Positions 1-9,618 of a stretch of 32,000 bases of DNA are shown one piece after another. The notes beneath the pieces are model-generated. The model was not told the DNA's origin, did no database searches, and saw only the letters and a program-made list of their open reading frames with translations. Each line of letters begins with the position of its first letter. Within the stretch, counting starts at the first letter, position 1. The stretch spans positions 180,819-212,818 of the forward strand of contig NZ_CP046222.1 in the NCBI RefSeq assembly GCF_012571795.1, given 5' to 3'. The translations under genes and the position numbers were made by a program. Source of the DNA: Candidatus Saccharimonadota bacterium (GTDB lineage Bacteria; Pseudomonadota; Gammaproteobacteria; Enterobacterales; Enterobacteriaceae).

Positions 1-1243
1 TAAAAATTTTATATAAAATATCTTTTTTTAGTACAATAATATATTTATTATGTAAAATAGTTAATATTGTACCAAAATTTTTAAAATTATATAATGGATA
101 ATTATTTAAGGAAATAATATCTATATTTTTATTATGTATCAATAAATTATGTTTAATATTATTAATATTTTTTTTTATAATTTTTTTTTTTGTATTAAAA
201 AAATTATATTTATCTACGTTAGAAGTAATATTTTTATTTTTAAATATATTATTTTTATATATAAATTTATTTATAATACTATAATAGATTAAATTATATA
301 TAGATTTAATATCATAAAACGTTACATCTGTTTTTTTTGGATGTATATTTACATTAATTTTATGCGATAATATTGTTAAATAAATAATAAATGAATATTT
401 AATATTTTTTATATTTTGATTTTGATTATATAATATTGTTTGTATAGTTCTATTTATAAAAGTATTATGAATAATACGTTTATTTACAAAAATATATCTA
501 CTAGATAAATTATTATTAAAACTTAACCAACCAGATATTTTATAATGTTTATATATATAACGTATATGAAAACTATTTTTAATAAAATCTATACCACATA
601 TTTTTTTAATTCTTTTTATATAAGACAAATTATTTGTAACTTTTTCAAAATTATAAATTATTTTTTTATTATAATAAAATATAATTTTTATATGAAATGA
701 TATTAAAACAATAGCTTTAATAACATTTTTAATATAAATAAATTCAATTCTTTCATCAGATAAAAATTTTTTTTTAACCGGAATATTATAAAATAGATCA
801 GATATAAATATCGTAGTTCCCTTAGGATGAGCTATAGGATATAAATATATTTGTTTATTACAACCTTGTGTATATAGTTTCCAGCCTACTTTTTGTGTAT
901 TAGTATTAGATAAAATAGTTATTTTAGATATATTTTTTATACTAGATAATGCTTCACCTCTAAATCCAAAGGTTTTAATCTTGTTTAAATCATGAAAATG
1001 TTTTATTTTACTTGTTGTATATCTATTTATACATAATAATAAATCATTTTTATTCATACCTAAACCATTATCATATATTTCAATTATTTTCATGCCACCT
1101 TTTTCAATATTAATCTTAATATTAGTAGATTTAGCATCAATACTATTTTCAATTAATTCTTTTACAACCGAAGATGGTCTATCTATAATTTCTCCAGAAG
1201 TAATTTTTTGAATAGTGTCTGCTGATAATGTTTTAATAGACAT
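1..1243 (-). CDS. mutL: DNA mismatch repair protein MutL, N-terminal ~414 codons; the C-terminus lies beyond the window start
   Basis: Absent from the ORF track because it is open at the window edge. Reverse-strand ATG at 1243..1241. My translation is MSIKTLSADTIQKITSGEIIDRPSSVVKELIENSIDAKST...DNGLGM...TFGFRGEALSS...HPKGTTIFISDLFYNIPVKKKFL, which matches the MutL GHKL-ATPase motifs (E. coli ELVENSLDA, DNGCGI, GFRGEAL, GTT). I read frame 2..1243 codon by codon and saw no in-frame stop. Confidence 0.9.
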   Translation of the reverse strand, partial: MSIKTLSADTIQKITSGEIIDRPSSVVKELIENSIDAKSTNIKINIEKGGMKIIEIYDNGLGMNKNDLLLCINRYTTSKIKHFHDLNKIKTFGFRGEALSSIKNISKITILSNTNTQKVGWKLYTQGCNKQIYLYPIAHPKGTTIFISDLFYNIPVKKKFLSDERIEFIYIKNVIKAIVLISFHIKIIFYYNKKIIYNFEKVTNNLSYIKRIKKICGIDFIKNSFHIRYIYKHYKISGWLSFNNNLSSRYIFVNKRIIHNTFINRTIQTILYNQNQNIKNIKYSFIIYLTILSHKINVNIHPKKTDVTFYDIKSIYNLIYYSIINKFIYKNNIFKNKNITSNVDKYNFFNTKKKIIKKNINNIKHNLLIHNKNIDIISLNNYPLYNFKNFGTILTILHNKYIIVLKKDILYKIF

Positions 1244-1286
1244 ATATAAGACAATATAAAATTAGTAGAAAAAATATAAAATAATA

Positions 1287-1360
1287 AGCGGGAAACGAGA
1301 TTCGAACTCGCGACCCCAACCATGGCAAGGTTGTGCTCTACCATACTGAGCTATTCCCGC
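1287..1360 (-). tRNA. glyV: tRNA-Gly (anticodon GCC)
   Basis: The reverse complement GCGGGAATAGCTCAGTATGGTAGAGCACAACCTTGCCATGGTTGGGGTCGCGAGTTCGAATCTCGTTTCCCGC(T) folds as a cloverleaf with anticodon loop TTGCCAT. It is near-identical to E. coli tRNA-Gly(GCC). It sits next to orn, as glyVXY does in E. coli. No CCA is encoded. Confidence 0.95.
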
Positions 1361-1401
1361 AATATATTTTATATATTAATAAATAAAATATAATATCACT
1401 T

Positions 1402-1431
1402 ATAATAAATTTATATTTATTATTTTGTCAA
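1402..1431 (-). promoter_or_regulatory. Candidate sigma70 promoter for tRNA-Gly
   Basis: On the minus strand there is a consensus -35 TTGACA (1431..1426), an 18-nt spacer, and TATTAT (1407..1402), about 40 nt upstream of the tRNA 5' end. -10-like hexamers are common in AT-rich DNA, so the support comes mainly from the G/C-containing -35. Confidence 0.35.
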
Positions 1432-1445
1432 TATATTTTCAATAA

Positions 1446-1973
1446 TTATAAACAAAAAATAAATTTTTTATAGAATTTTAATTCTTTTATAGATTCATAA
1501 ATATCATCTATAGCATGATGTGTTTTTATCTTACTAAAATTTTTGTAAATTTGAGGATGCCATATTTTTACTAATTCTTTAATTGTACTTACATCTATAT
1601 TACGATAATGAAAATAATTTTCTAAATTAGGCATATAATTATAAAGAAATCTTCTGTCTTGACAAATACTATTACCACACATAGGAGCAGTTTGTGGTGG
1701 AACCCATAATTTTAAAAAATTTAAAATAATTTTTTCTGCCTGTTGTTCATTAATTTTACTACTTTTTACTTTATCAATTAACCCATTTTTATAATGTATA
1801 TTTTTATTCCATGAATCCATACTACATATTATGTTATTGGGTTGATAAATATTTATTACAATATTATCACTCATAATTTTTAAATCATTATTAGTAATAA
1901 TTATAGCAATTTCTATAATTTTATCTTTATTAGGATTTAATCCTGTCATTTCTAAATCTATCCATACTAACAT
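1446..1973 (-). CDS. orn: Oligoribonuclease (DEDDh 3'-5' exoribonuclease)
   Basis: Track ORF 1446..2093. Homology to E. coli Orn begins at [23 protein letters not shown] (E. coli [23 protein letters not shown]), so I prefer the internal ATG at 1973. The 40 upstream codons are low-complexity and have no counterpart. The C-terminal [11 protein letters not shown] keeps the catalytic His/Asp. Confidence 0.9.
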   Translation of the reverse strand: [175 protein letters not shown]

Positions 1974-2101
1974 AATTACACCACTATTATTTAACGTTAT
2001 AAAAATATTTTTTATAAGATATTTGTTAAATAAATATTTAATATTATGAATAATGTTATATAAAAAATTATTATATTGTGTATATATCACCATAATCTAT
2101 A

Positions 2102-3061
2102 TTATGATTGTTTTATCGAAAAACTTATTATGTCATGTATAGATTTGGTTTTACATAAAAACATAATTAAACGATCTAAACCAATAGCCATACCAGAACA
2201 ATTTGGCATACCAGATTTCATAGCTTTTAATAAATAATAATCTATTTTTTTTTGAGGTAATTTCATTAAACAACGTTTTTTATTATCTTCTTCGAATCTT
2301 TTATATTGTTCATCACTACTAGTTAATTCTTGAAACCCATTACCTAATTCTACACCTTTATAAAATAATTCAAATCTAATTGCAATATTATTATTAATCA
2401 TTTCTGTTGTTTTCTGATAAGCAGGGAAATTATATATTAATACTGGATAGTGAAATCCTAATTTAGGAATAATATAAAGATCAAATAATATTTGAATCAT
2501 TATATAAATATTTTCATTTTTATTATATAAATGTATTAATTTTAATTTTTTAAATATATTAAACAATATATTATGATTAGTATTAAAAGGATTTATATTC
2601 AGAGTACTGAGAAAAATATTTTTATAAGATATCTTTTTAAAAACTGGAAAACGTAAAAATAGAAAAAATTGTTGTACCATATCAATAAGATTATATAAAT
2701 TAAAATTAGGACAATACCATTCTAACATAGTAAATTCTGGATTATGATATTGCCCATATTCCCCATTTCGAAAACTATGACATATTTGATAAATAGGTTT
2801 TTTAATTTTTGCAGCTAATATTCTTTTCATATGGTATTCAGGACTAGTTACTAAATATAATTTTTTGCTATGTTTACTATTATAAACTAATTTAGTAGTT
2901 AATTGATGTAAATAAACATTAGTATTTCCTGATTGACTTAATATTGGAGTTTCCACTTCAATAAAATTTCTATTATCAAAAAAATTTCTGATTTGTTTAA
3001 TAAAATAAGCTCTTTTTATAATATTTTTATTACTAATATTAGGTTTCCATTTCATATTCAT
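2102..3061 (-). CDS. epmA: EF-P-lysine lysyltransferase (LysRS-like, PoxA/GenX/YjeA)
   Basis: Class II aaRS core without an anticodon-binding domain: EVETPILSQ, SPEYHMKRIL, CHSFRNGEYGQYHNPEFTMLEWY, GMAIGLDRLIM. These match E. coli EpmA. I chose the start at ATG 3061 (MNMKWKPN...) because the track start at 3100 would overlap the efp 3' end by 20 nt and adds residues with no counterpart. Confidence 0.9.
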   Translation of the reverse strand: MNMKWKPNISNKNIIKRAYFIKQIRNFFDNRNFIEVETPILSQSGNTNVYLHQLTTKLVYNSKHSKKLYLVTSPEYHMKRILAAKIKKPIYQICHSFRNGEYGQYHNPEFTMLEWYCPNFNLYNLIDMVQQFFLFLRFPVFKKISYKNIFLSTLNINPFNTNHNILFNIFKKLKLIHLYNKNENIYIMIQILFDLYIIPKLGFHYPVLIYNFPAYQKTTEMINNNIAIRFELFYKGVELGNGFQELTSSDEQYKRFEEDNKKRCLMKLPQKKIDYYLLKAMKSGMPNCSGMAIGLDRLIMFLCKTKSIHDIISFSIKQS

Positions 3062-3080
3062 TATTTTTAATTTTAATATA

Positions 3081-3650
3081 TTATTTAATTCTAGAAACAT
3101 ATATTTTTTTTCTTATATCTATTTTAATAGTATCACCTATATTTATAAAATTAGGTACTTTAATCATTTCTCCATTACTTAATATTGCTTGTTTATTCAT
3201 ATTATTGATTGTACTATTTTTCATAATAATATTAGTTTTTATAACATTCAGATTTATAAAATTAGGTAATGTTAAAAAAATTGGTAATTTATTCCAAAAT
3301 GTTATGTTATAATTATATTGTGGTAATAACCATTTTATTTTATTTTTAATAATATTATTATTAATCATAATTTGTTCAAAAGTTTTTTTAAACATAAAAT
3401 GATAAAAATAGTTTTTTTCACAATATAAATAAATTAGTTGATGTTCAAATATATCTGCAGTATTTAAATGTTCTGTAGATTTAAAAGTTTTATCAAGTAA
3501 TTTTTCAGTAATTAAATTTCTCATTTTAATCCTAGTAAAAGTTTGACCTTTCCCTGGTTTAATAAATTCACTTTTTTCTATAATATAAGGTTCATTTAAA
3601 AAAATAAATTTCATTCCTACTTTAAAATTATTACTAAAATAATTTATCAT
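3081..3650 (-). CDS. efp: Translation elongation factor P
   Basis: 189 aa. MINYFSNNFKVGMKF...SEFIKPGKGQTFTRIKMRNL...KTFKST aligns with E. coli EF-P ([20 protein letters not shown]). The modified lysine K34 in the PGKGQ loop is retained. An AGGA Shine-Dalgarno lies 5 nt upstream. Confidence 0.95.
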   Translation of the reverse strand: MINYFSNNFKVGMKFIFLNEPYIIEKSEFIKPGKGQTFTRIKMRNLITEKLLDKTFKSTEHLNTADIFEHQLIYLYCEKNYFYHFMFKKTFEQIMINNNIIKNKIKWLLPQYNYNITFWNKLPIFLTLPNFINLNVIKTNIIMKNSTINNMNKQAILSNGEMIKVPNFINIGDTIKIDIRKKIYVSRIK

Positions 3651-3697
3651 GATTATCCTTTATCATATAAGGTTACATATATATATTAAATATATTT

Positions 3698-4681
3698 ATG
3701 GTATATAATTTTATGAAAGAAATATGGCAAAAACAATTATCAAATATTATTAATAATAATAATTATATTAAAATATTTCATACACAAAAAAATATTAAAT
3801 TATTTCTTATAAAAGAAAATTACAAATATTTTTCAGTTAAAATACCTCACAATTTTATAAAAAATATAAAATATAATGATCTAAATGATCCAATATTATT
3901 ACAATTTATTCCTTGTCAAGAAGAAACAATTATATATAATAACTATACAAAAAATCCATTAAATGAAACATATCAAATACCAGGAATGTTACATAAATAT
4001 GAAAATAGATTATTAATATTATTAACTGGAATATGTGCTATACATTGTAGATATTGTTTTCGTAAAAATACAAAAAATAATTTTTATTTAAAAAACGAAA
4101 ATTGGAATAAAATTTTATTATATATAAAAAAAAATATACATATTAATGAAATTATTTTTTCTGGTGGTGATCCCTTAATGATACAAGATAATAAATTAAA
4201 TAATTTTATTAAAGACATAGTAAAAATAACACATATTAAAATATTAAGAATACATACCAGAATGATTTCAATACTGCCATCACGTATCACAACGAATTTA
4301 TTAAAAATTTTACAAATGCATACAATTAAAATTGTAATTGTTACACATATAAATCATGCTAATGAAATTACTTTAGAATTATATAAAAAAATTATATTAC
4401 TTAAAAACATTGGCATAACAATTCTTAATCAAAGTGTTCTACTTAAAAATATTAATGATCACCCAAATATTTTAATAAAACTAAGTAATAAATTATTTAA
4501 TATAGGAATTATACCTTATTATTTACATATTTTAGATAAAGTTCATGGTAGCAAACATTTCTTTGTTTCAGAAAAAAAAGCTTTAAATATTATAAAATCA
4601 ATAAAAACAAAACTATCAGGTTTTTTAATACCTAAAGTGGTAAAAGAAATAAAATATCAAAATAAAAAATATATTTGTTAA
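3698..4681 (+). CDS. epmB: EF-P beta-lysylation protein EpmB (lysine 2,3-aminomutase-like radical SAM enzyme, YjeK)
   Basis: Radical-SAM CxxxCxxC motif (GICAIHCRYCFRK), plus IFSGGDPLM, HINHANE, LNQSVLLKNINDH and PYYLHILDKVHG, all colinear with E. coli EpmB. It is divergent from efp, as in E. coli. An alternative start is ATG 3713. Confidence 0.92.
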   Translation: MVYNFMKEIWQKQLSNIINNNNYIKIFHTQKNIKLFLIKENYKYFSVKIPHNFIKNIKYNDLNDPILLQFIPCQEETIIYNNYTKNPLNETYQIPGMLHKYENRLLILLTGICAIHCRYCFRKNTKNNFYLKNENWNKILLYIKKNIHINEIIFSGGDPLMIQDNKLNNFIKDIVKITHIKILRIHTRMISILPSRITTNLLKILQMHTIKIVIVTHINHANEITLELYKKIILLKNIGITILNQSVLLKNINDHPNILIKLSNKLFNIGIIPYYLHILDKVHGSKHFFVSEKKALNIIKSIKTKLSGFLIPKVVKEIKYQNKKYIC

Positions 4682-4697
4682 TTTAATATTAAAAGAC

Positions 4698-4733
4698 AAA
4701 AGCTGTGCTTTTTAATTTATAAGCACAGCTTTT
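4698..4733. terminator. Bidirectional rho-independent terminator between convergent epmB and groEL
   Basis: Perfect 13-bp stem AAAAGCTGTGCTT (4698-4710) / AAGCACAGCTTTT (4721-4733) with a 10-nt loop. The A-run and T-run flanks give a U-tract in both orientations. It is the only strong G/C-containing hairpin I saw in an intergenic region. Confidence 0.7.
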
Positions 4734-4782
4734 ATCAATATATTAATAATTAAAATATTTTAAATATTAAATGTAATTTAAA

Positions 4783-6459
<1,677 letters not shown>

Positions 6460-6500
6460 TTAAGCTAGGTATATTTAATAAATATAGATAATCTATTTAA

Positions 6501-6791
6501 TTATTTAACAATAGCTAAAATATCACTTTCTGACATGATTAAAAATTCATCATTATCAATTTTTTCTGTTTTAACATTATAACCATCATTAAATATAACA
6601 ATATCACCTTTTTTCACATCTAATGGTTTTACTGTTCCGTTATCTAGTATACGTCCTTTACCTACAGCAATAACTTCACCTCTAGTAGATTTACCTGCTG
6701 CGGAACCTGTTAATACAATTCCACCAGCTGATTTTGACTCAACTTCTTGACGTTTTACAATAACGCGATCATGTAATGGACGAATATTCAT
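6501..6791 (-). CDS. groES: Co-chaperonin GroES (Hsp10)
   Basis: 96 aa, [32 protein letters not shown]..., matching E. coli GroES. An AGGAG Shine-Dalgarno lies upstream. It sits directly upstream of groEL. Confidence 0.98.
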   Translation of the reverse strand: MNIRPLHDRVIVKRQEVESKSAGGIVLTGSAAGKSTRGEVIAVGKGRILDNGTVKPLDVKKGDIVIFNDGYNVKTEKIDNDEFLIMSESDILAIVK

Positions 6792-6877
6792 TTTTAATTA
6801 TTCTCCTTTTTGAAGAAGTCTATAACATATATTATTAAATTAATATAATTAAATTTATTTAATCAATGTGACCAGAA

Positions 6878-6906
6878 AGATAAGGACTTATATACTCTGT
6901 TTCAAG
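6878..6906 (-). promoter_or_regulatory. sigma32 (RpoH) heat-shock type promoter of groES-groEL
   Basis: The minus strand reads CTTGAAA (6906..6900), a 14-nt spacer, then CCTTATCT (6885..6878), followed by TTCTGGTCAC. The E. coli consensus is CTTGAA...CCCCATnT. As I recall it, the E. coli groE promoter reads ...CTTGAAGGGGCGAAGCCATCCCCATTTCTCTGGTCAC. The site lies about 87 nt upstream of the groES ATG. Confidence 0.6.
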
Positions 6907-7039
6907 TCCTATATATATTTTTTTTATTTTAATTTTTAATATTTTAAAAGATATATTATTATTAAATATATATTAACATTTATATTTTTATTTATATCTT
7001 CTGATATATAAGTTTTTAGGTTAAAATTAAGGTTTAAAT

Positions 7040-8317
7040 ATGTTAATTATTGAATTTATCATAGTCCTCACACTTATATGTTTAGGTAATAAATTCGGAG
7101 GTATTGGGTTAGGATTATGTAGTTATGTTGGTGTATTAATTTTAACATTATTTTTTCATCAACCTGTTGGAGATATTCCATTTGATGTAGTAGAAATTAT
7201 ATTAGCTGTTATTATTACTATTTCTACATTACATTTAGCTGGTGGTATTAACTACATAATATTTTATATAGATAAAATATTATCTAATAAACCTAAATAT
7301 ATTATTATTATAGCACCTATGATGACATATTTTATAACAATTATTACAGGAACTAGTTATACTGCATTATTTATTTTTCCTATAATACTAAATATTACAA
7401 AAAAATATGGGATTAAACCTGTTTATGCATTATCCATATCTGTAATAGCATCTCAAATAGCTGTTATTGCTTCACCAATATCAGCATCTTTAATACTTTT
7501 ATCTAAATTATTAAATCCTCTAGGTGTTAGTTATAATAAATTATTATTGATTTTGATTCCCTCGACATTTATATCAGTTTTAATAACATCTATTATTTTA
7601 AGTTATTGGTATAAATTATATAACAAAAAAAAATATGTTTATAATAATCAAATCTTACAAAATATTTATTTATTAAATAATAAAAGTAAATATTCTTTAA
7701 TTATATTTATTATAGGTATTATTATTATGTTAGTATATAATACTGTTATAAGTAGTATATACAAACAAAATATTATTTTACCTAGAACTGAATCAATTAT
7801 ATTGTTTATGTTTACGATATCATTATTTATATCTCTTATATGTAAAATATCATTTAATCAAATTACACAAACAAAAATTTTTCAGTCTGGTATAAATTCT
7901 TGTATATGTGTTATGGGAGTATCTTGGTTAAGTAATACTTTTATTAATGCTAATATAGAAATAATAAAATTTTATATATTATATATTATTAAATATAAAC
8001 CAGGAATGTTATCAATAATTTTGTGTTTAATAACTTCATTATTTTATTCTCAAGCAGCAACAACAAAAACTATTATACCTCATTTAATTGAATTAAAAAT
8101 TCCATTAGACATGATTATTAGTACCTTTCCTGCAGTATCTGCATTATTTTTATTACCTACTTATCCCACAATGTTACATGCTATACAAATAGATGATACT
8201 AAATCAACTAAAACAGGTACATATATAATTAATCATTCATTTTTTATACCAGGATTAATAGTAACAACATTATCTATAAGTATAGATTTAATACTTGTCA
8301 ATTTTATTTTAAAATAA
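7040..8317 (+). CDS. dcuA: C4-dicarboxylate / L-aspartate transporter, DcuA family
   Basis: 425 aa polytopic membrane protein. The N-terminus MLIIEFIIVLTLICLGNKFGGIGLG, plus KPKYIIIIAPMMTYFITIITGT, YSQAATTK, LPTYPTM and INHSFFIPG, are colinear with E. coli DcuA. It neighbours groES, as in E. coli. Confidence 0.88.
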   Translation: MLIIEFIIVLTLICLGNKFGGIGLGLCSYVGVLILTLFFHQPVGDIPFDVVEIILAVIITISTLHLAGGINYIIFYIDKILSNKPKYIIIIAPMMTYFITIITGTSYTALFIFPIILNITKKYGIKPVYALSISVIASQIAVIASPISASLILLSKLLNPLGVSYNKLLLILIPSTFISVLITSIILSYWYKLYNKKKYVYNNQILQNIYLLNNKSKYSLIIFIIGIIIMLVYNTVISSIYKQNIILPRTESIILFMFTISLFISLICKISFNQITQTKIFQSGINSCICVMGVSWLSNTFINANIEIIKFYILYIIKYKPGMLSIILCLITSLFYSQAATTKTIIPHLIELKIPLDMIISTFPAVSALFLLPTYPTMLHAIQIDDTKSTKTGTYIINHSFFIPGLIVTTLSISIDLILVNFILK

Positions 8318-8341
8318 TGAATTATATTTCATATAAAACTC

Positions 8342-8371
8342 TTGACGTATTATACTAAATATTGTCATAAT
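8342..8371 (+). promoter_or_regulatory. Candidate sigma70 promoter (extended -10) for tRNA-Phe
   Basis: TTGACG (8342-8347), an 18-nt spacer, then TGtCATAAT (8363-8371). The predicted start falls about 12 nt before the mature tRNA 5' end. Confidence 0.4.
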
Positions 8372-8390
8372 AAATTCGTATTTAAATATT

Positions 8391-8463
8391 GCCCGGATAG
8401 CTCAGTTGGTAGAGCAGTGGACTGAAAATCCCCGTGTCGGTGGTTCAATTCCACCTTCGGGCA
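8391..8463 (+). tRNA. pheU: tRNA-Phe (anticodon GAA)
   Basis: GCCCGGATAGCTCAGTTGGTAGAGCAGTGGACTGAAAATCCCCGTGTCGGTGGTTCAATTCCACCTTCGGGCA is close to E. coli tRNA-Phe, with anticodon loop CTGAAAA. Two deviations: a U-C mismatch at pair 28-42 in the anticodon stem and a G-U pair in the acceptor stem. Confidence 0.93.
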
Positions 8464-8545
8464 TATTTTTTATACGGTAACAAATATAATATTATATTTT
8501 TATAATTATACTATTGATTTTATAACTATTATATATTATCAATAA

Positions 8546-9511
8546 TTAAAAATTTTTAATAATAAAATTACTTTGTTTGTCTTCTATGAATCTAATATTA
8601 TTAATATTATGAATATTAATATTATTACGTAATAATACTTGTATCCACCAAATATTATTTTTAAAATTATATAAAGTTAAAATTTTACTACTGATAAAAG
8701 TATATTTATTTAACAAATAATCTGTTTTTATTTCTAATAAACTGTGTATTTGAGGTTTAATTTTATTAATTTTTCCTTCTAATAAATATAGTTTGTGTGT
8801 ATTGATTTTTTTTAAAAAATATCTGTTTAATATTTCCTGTCCTAAATAACAACCCTTATTCAAATCAATAGCATAAAAATTATTCATATTTACTTGTTGT
8901 GGTATAAATTTTCCAAAATTATAATTATCAATAATAGGATAACCAATTTCCATATTAAATTTAGTCCAAAAATCACTATTATATAATGGTATATGAGCTT
9001 GATTAAGATATTTTATTACCTTATCATAAGTATTAGAATTTAAAATTATTAAATATCTATTTACAGGTGTTAAAAATTTTAAAAAAATATTTTTTTTATA
9101 TATAAAAAATAATTTATTGGTTTTATAATATTTAAATATAATACTTATTATTTGATCTATATTGAATCCAGAACATCCTAAGATTTTTTTATCAGAACAT
9201 TGAATATTTATATTATAAATTTTTGTATATTTTTTAATAAAATTAAAATATGATTGTACTATATTAGTTCTAATGATATATCCATAATAATTTAAATCAC
9301 ATTGAAAAATTTGCATATTAGTTAACATTTTACCTTGTGCAGTACAATGTGATGCATAATAAAAATTATGATTATTTATTTTATTCATATCAATTGTTAG
9401 CTGATTTTGTAAAAAATTTTTGCTATCTGGCCCCTTTATAGTAATTAATTTCCATTCATCTAATTGCATAAATCTTAATACATTATTATTTAATTGATTA
9501 TGTTTTAACAT
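8546..9511 (-). CDS. ygfZ: Folate-binding tRNA-modification / Fe-S cluster repair protein YgfZ
   Basis: 321 aa. LDEWKLITIKGPDSKNFLQNQLT, ASHCTAQGKM and the signature KGCYLGQE (E. coli KGCYTGQE) are colinear with E. coli YgfZ. Confidence 0.85.
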   Translation of the reverse strand: MLKHNQLNNNVLRFMQLDEWKLITIKGPDSKNFLQNQLTIDMNKINNHNFYYASHCTAQGKMLTNMQIFQCDLNYYGYIIRTNIVQSYFNFIKKYTKIYNINIQCSDKKILGCSGFNIDQIISIIFKYYKTNKLFFIYKKNIFLKFLTPVNRYLIILNSNTYDKVIKYLNQAHIPLYNSDFWTKFNMEIGYPIIDNYNFGKFIPQQVNMNNFYAIDLNKGCYLGQEILNRYFLKKINTHKLYLLEGKINKIKPQIHSLLEIKTDYLLNKYTFISSKILTLYNFKNNIWWIQVLLRNNINIHNINNIRFIEDKQSNFIIKNF

Positions 9512-9598
9512 TGTATATTTTACTGTTTAATTATTTATTTTGAAAATTAAATATATATTTATGATTAAATAATATATTATAAAATATACAATGTTAAA
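9504..9598. repeat. 19-bp perfect inverted repeat (arms 9504-9522 and 9580-9598, 57-nt spacer) spanning the ygfZ start codon
   Basis: The left arm is TTTAACATTGTATATTTTA. The right arm TAAAATATACAATGTTAAA is its exact reverse complement. The left arm contains the ygfZ ATG (9511..9509). The right arm begins 21 nt downstream of the carB stop. Confidence 0.8.
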
Positions 9599-9618
9599 TT
9601 AAAATATAATAATAAATA

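Noticed and set aside
1974-2093. 40-codon N-terminal extension of the orn track ORF
   Set aside because: It has no counterpart in E. coli Orn and is a low-complexity N/I/Y-rich sequence. Homology starts exactly at the internal Met (1973). I cannot exclude the longer form without experimental data.
3062-3100. 13-codon N-terminal extension of the epmA track ORF, overlapping efp
   Set aside because: It would overlap the efp 3' end by 20 nt and adds non-homologous residues. ATG codons at 3061 and 3055 fit the E. coli EpmA N-terminus better.
4084-4290. 68-aa track ORF on the minus strand
   Set aside because: It lies entirely antisense within epmB. It is a low-complexity I/L/F-rich translation with no start context or homology. 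Long shadow ORFs are expected opposite AT-rich genes.
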